From Patescibacteria group bacterium (lineage in GTDB: Bacteria; Patescibacteriota; WWE3; UBA101185; UBA10185), in the NCBI GenBank assembly GCA_049322215.1, contig JBMORU010000001.1, forward strand, positions 969,759 through 1,033,758: a stretch of 64,000 nucleotides of DNA, in the 5' to 3' direction. The notes under the pieces were generated by a model that saw only the letters and a program-made list of their open reading frames with translations, was not told the origin of the DNA and did no database searches. The position numbers and the translations under genes were made by a program. Shown piece by piece: positions 1-8,291 of this stretch (position 1 is the stretch's first letter; every line of letters starts with the position of its first letter).

Positions 1-2
1 AC

Positions 3-638
3 TCTATTCCGGAAGGACCTGAAATTGAAACAGCCGAATATAACTTTAGAAAATTAAACTTGCCAGAAGGGCACCCCGCCACCGATTTACAAGACACACT
101 TTTTATCACAGAACCTGACGTTATGTTAAGAACCCATACTTCATCTGTGGAAGCAAGAGTACTAACCAACTATAAACCCCCAATAAGAGTTGCATTTCCA
201 GGTAAGTGCTATAGAAATGAAAGTGTAAACTTAACCAATAGTGCTTTTTTTTACCAATACCAGGGAGTCGTAGTTGATGAGGGTATTACTATAAAAAACC
301 TTATGTCCACATTAGAAGCATTTCATAAGTATTTGTTTGGTAACGAGGTAGAAATAAGGTTTAGATACAAATATTACCCAGAAGTTTCCCCAGGATTAGG
401 TACAGATATTAAGTGCTTATTCTGCCATGGAAACGGCTGCGATGTTTGCAAACACCGAGGTTGGATAGAAGTGTTAGGTAGTGGCATGATTCACTACAAT
501 ACCTTAAAAATGTGCGGTATTGACCCAGAAGTTTATACAGGCTTCGCTTTTGGAATGGGTCTTGATAGATTAGTTATGCAAAAATTTGGCATCACTGATA
601 TTAGAAAATTATACAGTGGTGGAATGATATATGAGTAG
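3..638 (+). CDS. pheS: phenylalanine--tRNA ligase alpha subunit (5' end cut by window edge)
   Basis: Frame 3 is open from nt 3 (SIPEGPEIETAEYNFRKLNLPEGHPA...). Class II aaRS motif 2-like FPGKCYRNE and motif 3 GFAFGMGLDRL are present. pheT follows directly. Confidence 0.9.
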   Translation, partial: SIPEGPEIETAEYNFRKLNLPEGHPATDLQDTLFITEPDVMLRTHTSSVEARVLTNYKPPIRVAFPGKCYRNESVNLTNSAFFYQYQGVVVDEGITIKNLMSTLEAFHKYLFGNEVEIRFRYKYYPEVSPGLGTDIKCLFCHGNGCDVCKHRGWIEVLGSGMIHYNTLKMCGIDPEVYTGFAFGMGLDRLVMQKFGITDIRKLYSGGMIYE

Positions 639-816
639 TACAAAAAACATAATAAAAAATTTCATTGTAATAATTTTTCTATGTGGAGTGTTAGTTTTAA
701 TACTGTCGCAAATACCTTTTGTGCAAAATAACAAAATAAATGAATGTGATGGCCTTAGATTTTTTTCATACTGCAAAGGAAATAGTTACGAAGTTACTGT
801 GGAAACATTTGAATGA
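631..816 (+). CDS. small hydrophobic protein (61 aa), hypothetical
   Basis: ORF nested between pheS (8-nt overlap) and pheT (ATGA overlap). One predicted TM stretch, IIKNFIVIIFLCGVLVLILSQIPF. No recognisable family. Confidence 0.4.
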   Translation: MSSTKNIIKNFIVIIFLCGVLVLILSQIPFVQNNKINECDGLRFFSYCKGNSYEVTVETFE

Positions 817-2747
817 AAATACCTGTTGAATGGTTAAAACATTATATAGAAACCAATAAAAGTACAAAAGATATTGCTGAAGCTTTCACTGCTTTGGGGT
901 TAATGTTAGACAGCCCTATAATTACTATAAGTAAGGAAGGCTATGAAACTGATTTATTAGATTTAGAGCACCGAATGGACAGATCTGATTGGTTATCTAT
1001 AACGGGGTGCGCTAGAGATTTAGCTGCAATGCTAAATGCACCTTTTAAATTTCCACAAACCCATACAGAAAAAGGCAAAGAGGGAGGAGGAATTAAAGTT
1101 ATAGTTGAATGCCCTGACGTAATTAATAGATTTAACACTAGAGTATTTAAAAACATAACTGTTAAAGAGTCGCCTGAATGGTTAAAAAACAGACTAGAAA
1201 GCTACGGTATTCCATCAAAAAACAACATAGTAGATATAACAAACTATGTAATGCTCGAATTAGGGCAACCAATGCATGCTCAAGACATTTCTAAAATGGA
1301 AGCACCAGAAATAGTAATAAGAAAAGCACGGAACGGTGAAAAAATCACGACACTCTTAGGAGAATTAATTGAACTAGATGCAGAGGCCTTCGTATTAGCA
1401 CAAAATGGTACACCTACAGTAATAGGCGGAATTGTTGGAGGAATAGCAACAGCTGTAGATGAAAACACCAAGGAAATAGTATTAGATGCAGGTAATTATG
1501 ATCAAACAAGTATTAGAAAAACTTCTAGAAGGTTAAAAATTCAAAATGAAACAGTGCTTAGATACGATAAATTTTTGCATCCCGAGCTAACAGAAATAGC
1601 CATTCAAAGAGCAACACAATTAATTTTGGAACTAGCCGGGGGAGAATACTACGAAAACGAAGATTGGTACCCAACAAAATTTACTCAAAAACAAATGAAT
1701 TTGCGATTATCACGTATAAAGCAGGTTTCTGGTATCAACTTTGATATAGAAAGAGTAAAAGAAATACTCATAGCATTAGAATATAAGTTACTAGTTTCCG
1801 ATAACGAAAGCCTAACACTAGAAGTTCCATACTTCAGAACTGATATAGAAGTAGAAGATGACTTAGTGGCAGATGTTTTAAGAATAAGCAATTATGCAAC
1901 TATTAAACCCGAGCCAATAATTGCAGCACCACCAAAAGAAATAACTCCAAAAATTTATAAGTTTGAAGAAAAGCTAAGAGACATACTAGTAAATTTAGGA
2001 CTACACGAGCACATTACATCATCACTTGTGCAGGGTGACAGTAATAATACAAAGCAAATTACTCTAGAAAACGCGCTTTCCTCCGAACTAAGTGCCTTAA
2101 GAACATCAATTTACGAAACATTAAAACCTGTGGTAAGTACTTATCAAAAACACAAAAAAGATGAAATAGGCTTATTTGAACTTGGCAACACATATACAAA
2201 GCAAAATGAAAAATTTGTCGAAACAAGAACCTTACAGGTAATTTACAAAGATAATCAAAGTGCAAAATATATAAGTCAAAAAAACAAACAGCTTTTAGCA
2301 GGATTGTTTAACAACTTAGGAATAATAAATTATTCAATTGAAAAACGCGAAAACGAACATGTCATATTAATAAACAACCATGTTGTTGGAAAAGTTGAGT
2401 ATGATTCATTCAGTATAGAAACAGAAAAACTACTTACTGCAGAAAATTCTGGATCTAGAATAGTGAGCGAAATGGAAAACATAATGTACGAAGATGTTTC
2501 TATTACAACTGAGATAACAAATAAGCTTGGCAAAGTTTATCAATACATAAAAAGTTTTGAAGCGGTAACAAGTATTGAGTTAGTTAGTGAATATGTTGCT
2601 AACAAAGAAAAAACCCTTACATTTAGAATTCAACTTGGTAAATTACCGTCAAACACTACTGAAAACGCAAAAGCAGCTAAAGAATCCATTATTAATGGAA
2701 TTTTAGCGGAATTCCCATACATAAGTGTAAAGCATTTAACATATTAA
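813..2747 (+). CDS. pheT: phenylalanine--tRNA ligase beta subunit (short form, 644 aa)
   Basis: Typical PheT N-terminus MKIPVEWLKHYI, positioned immediately after pheS. Shorter than the ~790-aa classical bacterial enzyme. Confidence 0.88.
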   Translation: MKIPVEWLKHYIETNKSTKDIAEAFTALGLMLDSPIITISKEGYETDLLDLEHRMDRSDWLSITGCARDLAAMLNAPFKFPQTHTEKGKEGGGIKVIVECPDVINRFNTRVFKNITVKESPEWLKNRLESYGIPSKNNIVDITNYVMLELGQPMHAQDISKMEAPEIVIRKARNGEKITTLLGELIELDAEAFVLAQNGTPTVIGGIVGGIATAVDENTKEIVLDAGNYDQTSIRKTSRRLKIQNETVLRYDKFLHPELTEIAIQRATQLILELAGGEYYENEDWYPTKFTQKQMNLRLSRIKQVSGINFDIERVKEILIALEYKLLVSDNESLTLEVPYFRTDIEVEDDLVADVLRISNYATIKPEPIIAAPPKEITPKIYKFEEKLRDILVNLGLHEHITSSLVQGDSNNTKQITLENALSSELSALRTSIYETLKPVVSTYQKHKKDEIGLFELGNTYTKQNEKFVETRTLQVIYKDNQSAKYISQKNKQLLAGLFNNLGIINYSIEKRENEHVILINNHVVGKVEYDSFSIETEKLLTAENSGSRIVSEMENIMYEDVSITTEITNKLGKVYQYIKSFEAVTSIELVSEYVANKEKTLTFRIQLGKLPSNTTENAKAAKESIINGILAEFPYISVKHLTY

Positions 2748-2759
2748 CAAAATCCATAA

Positions 2760-2772
2760 CCTATAGTATAAT
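2760..2772 (+). promoter_or_regulatory. CCTATAGTATAAT promoter element (-10 box fused to the CCTATAGT motif)
   Basis: Exact 13-mer CCTATAGTATAAT lies 70 nt upstream of the ATG at 2843. The same 13-mer occurs at 10378, 11443 and 12606. A 9-bp stem (2792-2800 / 2815-2823) sits in the presumed 5' UTR. Confidence 0.6.
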
Positions 2773-2842
2773 ACAGGTATACCAGATCTATTGTTATTGG
2801 CTCAAACCTAATAACCAATAACACAAATATAAGGAGTAACAA

Positions 2843-3040
2843 ATGAAAATTACAAGCAAAAGCCAGTTAGATGAACAAATCGTTGCCGCCCAAAAAGCCG
2901 CAACACCAATGCCCAATTTCACAATTCCTACCAATCCAACGGAAGGACTTGTGGCGGCTACACTGCATACTCTTCAAGTTGAAGCCAAGAGACATGGGTG
3001 GCCTAATCCTAAGCTTCCAAAGATTTTGGGTCAAAAGTAA
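2843..3040 (+). CDS. hypothetical small protein (65 aa)
   Basis: ORF with RBS AAGGAG 8 nt upstream, its own promoter motif and its own terminator. Noticeably more G+C-rich than its neighbours. No signal peptide and no recognised family. Confidence 0.55.
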   Translation: MKITSKSQLDEQIVAAQKAATPMPNFTIPTNPTEGLVAATLHTLQVEAKRHGWPNPKLPKILGQK

Positions 3041-3063
3041 AGTTTAGAGGCTAGCTTAGTAAA

Positions 3064-3117
3064 CCCCAGATGATTGCATACCAATACCGTTTGCAATTAC
3101 TCTGGGGTCTTTTTTTT
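3064..3117 (+). terminator. rho-independent terminator between convergent genes
   Basis: Stem CCCCAGA (3064-3070) pairs with TCTGGGG (3101-3107), with an inner ATTGCA/TGCAAT pairing, followed by a T-run at 3111-3117. Confidence 0.7.
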
Positions 3118-3148
3118 GCTTAAGTTTTACTTTGGCAAAGCGGAAAGA

Positions 3149-5797
3149 TTATTTAGAAACGCGAAGTTTTATGCGCACATCACCTTTACGGCCATCTTCG
3201 TCTTCGGCTACAACATTAAATTCATGCTCGCCAGCCTGCGATTCAGGAAATGTTAAGTTATATCCATATGGCTCAGAAGAATCATCTGCAATTTTTTCTC
3301 CATCAATATAAAATCTTACTTCATCAATATCGTTTGGAGAAGAGACCTCAACCTTTAGTCTAAACTTTAAAGGAACATAGTCACCATCTTTTAAACCAAC
3401 AATATGAACTTCAGGGTTTACATCTTCTTTAAGCTTGCCGTCTTCATATTTAAGTGCTGATTTACTTGTAGGAGGAAAATATAAGTCGTTTCCATTGTAG
3501 TTTTCGCCAACCCAAGCATCTACGTCGTCTTGCCATTCGGGAAGTTCGGCAGTGATTTTAATGTATGTGTTTACTTCAGACTTGTCGGCATTTCTACAAG
3601 AGTCATTAGCTAACTTACCGTCTTTTTCACAAACTTCTACGCTTTGATACCATTCACTGGGCGCCGTAGGTTCGGTACCCTCAATAAACCACTCCTGGCG
3701 GCGAGAAAACTCACCATAGGGAAGTGCTCCCGTTAATTCATCCACTTCAATTTTTTTTACATTTTCAGGAGGCTCAAATTTTTCGTTTTCTTTATCTGCT
3801 AAATACTCACGCATGAATCTATTACCTATGGGTGTAGCTCCAGTTATACCTGATGCTACAAAAGGATTCATTTTGTCATTGTTATTGTTACCAACCCAAA
3901 CCCCTGCCACTACAGAGGGTGTGTATGCCATAAAGTAGTTATCTCGTTTATCATCGGTTGTACCTGTTTTTACAGCAACTTGATGCCCTGGAATATTTAG
4001 CAAACTGCCAGAACCAAAAGCAGCAGAACGAGCACCGTCATCAGACAAAATATCACTCATTAAAAAGGCAACATCTTCTCCAATAACTTGTTGCCCACCA
4101 TTATCTCTCCAACTGTATAAAATATCTCCGCGAGAATTTTTAACTTCTAAAATTCCTGTAGGTTTTCTGTAAACGCCTTTTGCTGCAAGAGTAGAGTATG
4201 CCCCTGTCATTTCTAAAAGCTTAGTTTCTCCGCCTCCTAAAGTTAATGACAAACCATAGCGAGTGGGGTCAGAAAAAGTTGTTATACCCATTGCTTTTGC
4301 TGTATCTATCATAGATTGTATTCCTACAATTTCTAAAGCTTTAACGGCGGGTATGTTCAAAGAATTACCCAAAGATTTTCTAAGAGAAGTAGGACCTTTA
4401 AAAGTGCCGTCATAATTTTCTGGTGTATAAGGCTTGCCCGCATCAGCTTTTTCAAATGTTGTTGGAACGTCTAAAAAGGGGTAAGCAGCAGTATAACCTT
4501 GAGAAAGCATTGTTGCATAAGTAATAGGCTTTATAGAAGATCCAGGTTGCCGGTTAGCTAAAGCAACATTAAGTTGAGGTTCGAAGGTACAACTGTTATC
4601 ACCAGTAATTCCTGAAATACAGCCTTCAGGCTCAGATTCGGCAAAGTAATCTTTAGAACCTACCATAGCCAAAACCTGGCCGGTTTTCGCATCTAAAGCA
4701 ACTAAAGACCCGTTTCCTACATTTAAGTTTTTAGCAGCATCAACTTCTTCTTTTACTATATTTTGTGCCATATCTTGAACATCTAAATCTAATGTGGTTG
4801 TTACCTGCAAACCACCCTGTTCTACCATTTCCTCACCGTATATTTCTACTAATTCATCTCTAACAAAAAATACAAAATGGGGAGCTTTAAAACTTGTTAA
4901 TGCAGTATCAAAAGATAAGTCTACCTGTTTTGCTGCTTCATACTCATCTTTGTTTAAATAATGCCATTGACCGCCTTCTTCCACCCAGCCATTATCAGTC
5001 ATTAAAAATAAAACATAATTTTTACGCTCTAAGCCTGCATTAGGGTCAGAACTGTAGGGTGAATATCTGCTTGGGCTCTGAGGTAACCCAGCTAAGTAGG
5101 CTGCCTCTGCCAAAGTTAGTTCTGAAGGGTGCTTGTTAAAATAAGATTTTGCGGCAGTTAAAATACCATAATTTTGACCACCATAAGGAGTTTCGTTCAA
5201 ATACATTTGAAGTATTTCATCTTTAGAATATTTATTTTCCAGTTGAAGCGCCAAAATAAGTTCTTTTACTTTACGAGAAATTGTTTGTTCTTGAGATAAA
5301 AGTGTGTTTTTTACTACCTGTTGTGTAAGAGTAGAACCACCCTGCAACCCTTCACCTAAAACTATATTACGTGTGGCTCTTAACATACCCCGCAAAGAAA
5401 ACCCTTGATGCTGATAAAATTCAGCATCTTCAGTTGCTAAAGTTGCTTGAACAACATATGGTGAAACATCTTCTAAAGAAACCAACTCGCGATTCTTTTC
5501 GCCATAAACTTCGAAAATAGAGGTTCCATTACGATCGTAAAGCTTTGTTGATAACTCAGCGTCTCTATTAAGTAATCTATCGGGGGTAGGTAAATCTCTA
5601 GAAAATACAGCCAATAAAATAACTACACCTAAAACACCTACCAATATTGAAAACAATGAAAAAGATGCGAGATAAGTTAAATACAATAGTGTCTTAGACC
5701 CCTTATATTTTGTATTAGCTTGAGGTTTTGGGGGTCGGTACGGTGTATACTTTCTCTTTGTTTTTCCACCAAATTTTTTAAAAATTTCCAAAGACAT
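3149..5797 (-). CDS. class A penicillin-binding protein (PBP1A-type transglycosylase/transpeptidase) with C-terminal Ig-like domain
   Basis: GT51 motifs EDAEFYQHQG and GGSTLTQQ. Transpeptidase motifs SSIK (SxxK), SLN (SxN) and KTGTT. N-terminal TM anchor. Start moved to MSLEIFKKFGG (ATG at 5797); the longer ORF to 6166 is antisense to the next gene. Confidence 0.9.
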   Translation of the reverse strand: MSLEIFKKFGGKTKRKYTPYRPPKPQANTKYKGSKTLLYLTYLASFSLFSILVGVLGVVILLAVFSRDLPTPDRLLNRDAELSTKLYDRNGTSIFEVYGEKNRELVSLEDVSPYVVQATLATEDAEFYQHQGFSLRGMLRATRNIVLGEGLQGGSTLTQQVVKNTLLSQEQTISRKVKELILALQLENKYSKDEILQMYLNETPYGGQNYGILTAAKSYFNKHPSELTLAEAAYLAGLPQSPSRYSPYSSDPNAGLERKNYVLFLMTDNGWVEEGGQWHYLNKDEYEAAKQVDLSFDTALTSFKAPHFVFFVRDELVEIYGEEMVEQGGLQVTTTLDLDVQDMAQNIVKEEVDAAKNLNVGNGSLVALDAKTGQVLAMVGSKDYFAESEPEGCISGITGDNSCTFEPQLNVALANRQPGSSIKPITYATMLSQGYTAAYPFLDVPTTFEKADAGKPYTPENYDGTFKGPTSLRKSLGNSLNIPAVKALEIVGIQSMIDTAKAMGITTFSDPTRYGLSLTLGGGETKLLEMTGAYSTLAAKGVYRKPTGILEVKNSRGDILYSWRDNGGQQVIGEDVAFLMSDILSDDGARSAAFGSGSLLNIPGHQVAVKTGTTDDKRDNYFMAYTPSVVAGVWVGNNNNDKMNPFVASGITGATPIGNRFMREYLADKENEKFEPPENVKKIEVDELTGALPYGEFSRRQEWFIEGTEPTAPSEWYQSVEVCEKDGKLANDSCRNADKSEVNTYIKITAELPEWQDDVDAWVGENYNGNDLYFPPTSKSALKYEDGKLKEDVNPEVHIVGLKDGDYVPLKFRLKVEVSSPNDIDEVRFYIDGEKIADDSSEPYGYNLTFPESQAGEHEFNVVAEDEDGRKGDVRIKLRVSK

Positions 5798-5851
5798 CGT
5801 TGAGTAATTATAGCAATTTAAAACCAATTTTTCATGACTACACACTAGATT

Positions 5852-5874
5852 ACTATGGGGTTTAGATGTATAAT
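5852..5874 (+). promoter_or_regulatory. promoter: variant motif ACTATGGGG plus extended -10 TGTATAAT
   Basis: ACTATGGGG (5852-5860) is one mismatch from ACTATAGGG. TGTATAAT ends at 5874, 47 nt before the ATG at 5922. Confidence 0.5.
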
Positions 5875-5921
5875 ATAAGGAGTATCGATACTTTCGGATA
5901 GTCATAAGGAGAGTTTGACAA

Positions 5922-6560
5922 ATGAATATTAAAAAATTTGCTGGTCGGGTTTTGCTCATGCTTGCGGTATTGATCTTGATCGGTTGCCAACGACAAGAGC
6001 GGATTTCGATCCTGACCTTTGTTGCAACTTTCACCCCCACACCAACGGTTACGGCAACACCCCTTCCGACTGCAACGCCAACCTTGATCCCGATAGCTAA
6101 TGCTACGGAAGAACCCGAAGCAGTGGCGATTGCAACAACCCCAACAGCAGGCGAACAGGCTTTCATTGACGCCGTTAATGGGTTTGCAAACTCTGAGGTA
6201 GGCGAATGGGTCTTAAGCGACGTTGAAAACCCTCAAGAAGTTACTGGTGACGCTATTATAGGCATTGCCCGAAACATTTTGGCAGCGGTCTACGCCCAAT
6301 TGCAGGAGCAAGGAGCTTTGCCGGAAGACATGCCTACCCTGGAAGATGCATTAGAAGTTTTAAGCACGCCAGAGAAAGCGTTAGCCTTCGGTAGCTGCTT
6401 TAATCCCGCAATCGAATCCTACGAGGAAAATCAAAATGCAGCTGCGCTCGCGGAACAGCTTGCCTACTGCATCGAAAACGTAGACGAATACGAAGGAAAT
6501 CTCGATTTGCGTCGGGCAGTGACAGATTTCATTATCAATCAAATCACAACGGAGGAATAA
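5922..6560 (+). CDS. putative lipoprotein (212 aa) with Thr/Pro-rich linker
   Basis: Signal peptide with lipobox LILIGC. TPTPTVTATPLPTATPTL linker. G+C-rich relative to flanks. No recognised family. Confidence 0.65.
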   Translation: MNIKKFAGRVLLMLAVLILIGCQRQERISILTFVATFTPTPTVTATPLPTATPTLIPIANATEEPEAVAIATTPTAGEQAFIDAVNGFANSEVGEWVLSDVENPQEVTGDAIIGIARNILAAVYAQLQEQGALPEDMPTLEDALEVLSTPEKALAFGSCFNPAIESYEENQNAAALAEQLAYCIENVDEYEGNLDLRRAVTDFIINQITTEE

Positions 6561-6561
6561 A

Positions 6562-6675
6562 ATGATTAGCGACAACGCCATGTTGATTCTGATTTTAGTT
6601 ATCATTGTTATTGTGGCACCCTGGGACAAAATCCTTGCTGGTGTTTTTAAACGCAAAGATGATAACGAGAAATAA
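6562..6675 (+). CDS. 37-aa hydrophobic micropeptide (not in ORF track, below size cutoff)
   Basis: The ATG lies 1 nt after the upstream TAA, with a GGAGGA RBS inside the end of the upstream gene. Translation: MISDNAMLILILVIIVIVAPWDKILAGVFKRKDDNEK. A strong terminator follows. Confidence 0.4.
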   Translation: MISDNAMLILILVIIVIVAPWDKILAGVFKRKDDNEK

Positions 6676-6683
6676 CTAACCAA

Positions 6684-6737
6684 AGGTCATATGTTATATA
6701 CTTTCAAATCGTATAACATATGACCTTATTTTTTTGC
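6684..6737 (+). terminator. rho-independent terminator (15-bp perfect stem)
   Basis: AGGTCATATGTTATA (6684-6698) pairs with TATAACATATGACCT (6712-6726), followed by a T-run. Confidence 0.85.
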
Positions 6738-6878
6738 TATAATGCTATTAACAAATTCCAGAAAGAGGCCAGTTTAGACATGAAAGCACTTTTTTATCCC
6801 TCTTCCCGTGTTTTCAGGTCTTTTTTTATTGTTTATCCCACATACAAAAATAGGTAATAATGTTATATACTGCTTTAA

Positions 6879-8078
6879 ATGGCTAAAGTATCTACTAACC
6901 CTGAAAAAATTAATGAAATATTAACTCGAGGAGTGCATGAAGTTTTCACCAAAGAAGACTTAAAGCACAAACTTGAAAGTGGAAAACAGCTGCATATAAA
7001 ACTTGGCATAGATGTTACCGGCCCCTTAATTACTTTAGGGCATGCTGTAGTACAACGCAAATTAAGAGACTTTCAAGAGCTTGGACACAAAGTAACTTTA
7101 ATAGTTGGGGATTTTACAACACTAGTGGGAGACCATTCGGACAAAGTAGACATGCGTGCCGAAACAAACACACAAGAAATAAGTCAAAATGAAAAAACTT
7201 ATAAAGAACAATTTTTTAAAACCGTTATAAAAGAACAAACCGAAGTTAGACACAACTCTGAATGGCTTAAGGACTTAAATTTTAATGATGTTATAGATTT
7301 AGCGCAGCAATTTACAATAGCGCAAATGCTTGATAGAGAAACTTTCATGCTTAGATATAAAGAAAACAAACCAATAGGGCTTGATGAGTTTTTATACCCA
7401 TTAATGCAAGGATATGATTCGGTAGCTTTAAATTGTGATGTGGAGCTGGGAGGCACTGATCAAACGTTTAACTTGCTTGCAGGACGTAAGCTAATGCCAC
7501 ACTTTAATTTAGCCCCACAGTCAGCTATAGCAATGAAGTTATTAACCGGTAATGATGGAAGGCCTATGGGTAAATCATTAAAAAACTACATTCCAGTTAT
7601 GGACGACGCAAACGATATGTTTGGCAAAGTTATGTCTATAGTAGATGAAATAATTTGGGAATATTTTGAGCTTTCAACAAGAGTACCAATGAGCGAAATA
7701 GAAAAGATGCGTAAAGAGGTTGAAAGCGGTGCAAATCCGATGGAGTTTAAAAAGCTTCTAGCTAAAGATATTGTTACTTTTTATCATGGCAACGCCAAAG
7801 CAATAGAAGCAGAAAAACATTTTGAAAAAACCGTACAGAATAGAGAAATGGCTGAAGAAGACATTTTAGATATAGAAACAGACGCATACGCTACTGTGTT
7901 TCAGGCTATTCAAGAGGCTCAGTTTGAAGGAATTTCTAATTCAGAGATAAAAAGAGTAATCGAGCAGGGAGGCGTAGAGTTAAACGGAGAAAAAATACTT
8001 GACCCAAACAGAATTGGAAACTTTAATAAAGGAGATATTATTAAGTTTGGAAAAAGAAGATTTATAAGGGTTAAATAA
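6879..8078 (+). CDS. tyrS: tyrosine--tRNA ligase
   Basis: Class I aaRS with HIGH-like TGPLITLGHAV and KMSKS-like PMGKSLKN. C-terminal S4-like domain (IEQGGVELNGEKILDP). Confidence 0.85.
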   Translation: MAKVSTNPEKINEILTRGVHEVFTKEDLKHKLESGKQLHIKLGIDVTGPLITLGHAVVQRKLRDFQELGHKVTLIVGDFTTLVGDHSDKVDMRAETNTQEISQNEKTYKEQFFKTVIKEQTEVRHNSEWLKDLNFNDVIDLAQQFTIAQMLDRETFMLRYKENKPIGLDEFLYPLMQGYDSVALNCDVELGGTDQTFNLLAGRKLMPHFNLAPQSAIAMKLLTGNDGRPMGKSLKNYIPVMDDANDMFGKVMSIVDEIIWEYFELSTRVPMSEIEKMRKEVESGANPMEFKKLLAKDIVTFYHGNAKAIEAEKHFEKTVQNREMAEEDILDIETDAYATVFQAIQEAQFEGISNSEIKRVIEQGGVELNGEKILDPNRIGNFNKGDIIKFGKRRFIRVK

Positions 8079-8081
8079 TTT

Positions 8082-8291
8082 ATGCTAGATAGGTTATTAA
8101 TAAAAATAGGCTTGAAAAAAAGGGAACCAAAGGTAGTGGTGCTTGCCAAAAAGGCAAAGAAAAAGATAAAAAAAACAGTAAAACAATTATGGAAAAAGGG
8201 TGTCATAAAAAAATTTTTAGTTGTACTGCTTGCTTTAGCTTTTCTTGCCACTTCAGTATTACCCTATGTCATTAGCGCCTACGGGTTTTAA
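8082..8291 (+). CDS. small Lys-rich protein with C-terminal TM helix (69 aa), hypothetical
   Basis: ORF packed between tyrS and recG, with a TAATG overlap onto recG. Lys-rich N-terminus, then FLVVLLALAFLATSVLPYVI. Confidence 0.4.
   Translation: MLDRLLIKIGLKKREPKVVVLAKKAKKKIKKTVKQLWKKGVIKKFLVVLLALAFLATSVLPYVISAYGF

Noticed and set aside
5798-6166. N-terminal 123 codons of the 1005-aa ORF-track entry for the PBP gene
   Set aside because: This part is antisense to the promoter and the Thr/Pro/Ala-rich 5' region of the lipoprotein gene at 5922-6560. It translates to a low-complexity Val/Gly/Ala shadow. The PBP membrane anchor and GT51 domain follow naturally from MSLEIFKKFGG at 5797.
6738-6878. 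Possible T-box riboswitch leader upstream of tyrS
   Set aside because: The region is only ~140 nt. I could not find the conserved T-box sequence, a specifier-loop architecture, or a terminator/antiterminator pair. The preceding hairpin belongs to the upstream gene.
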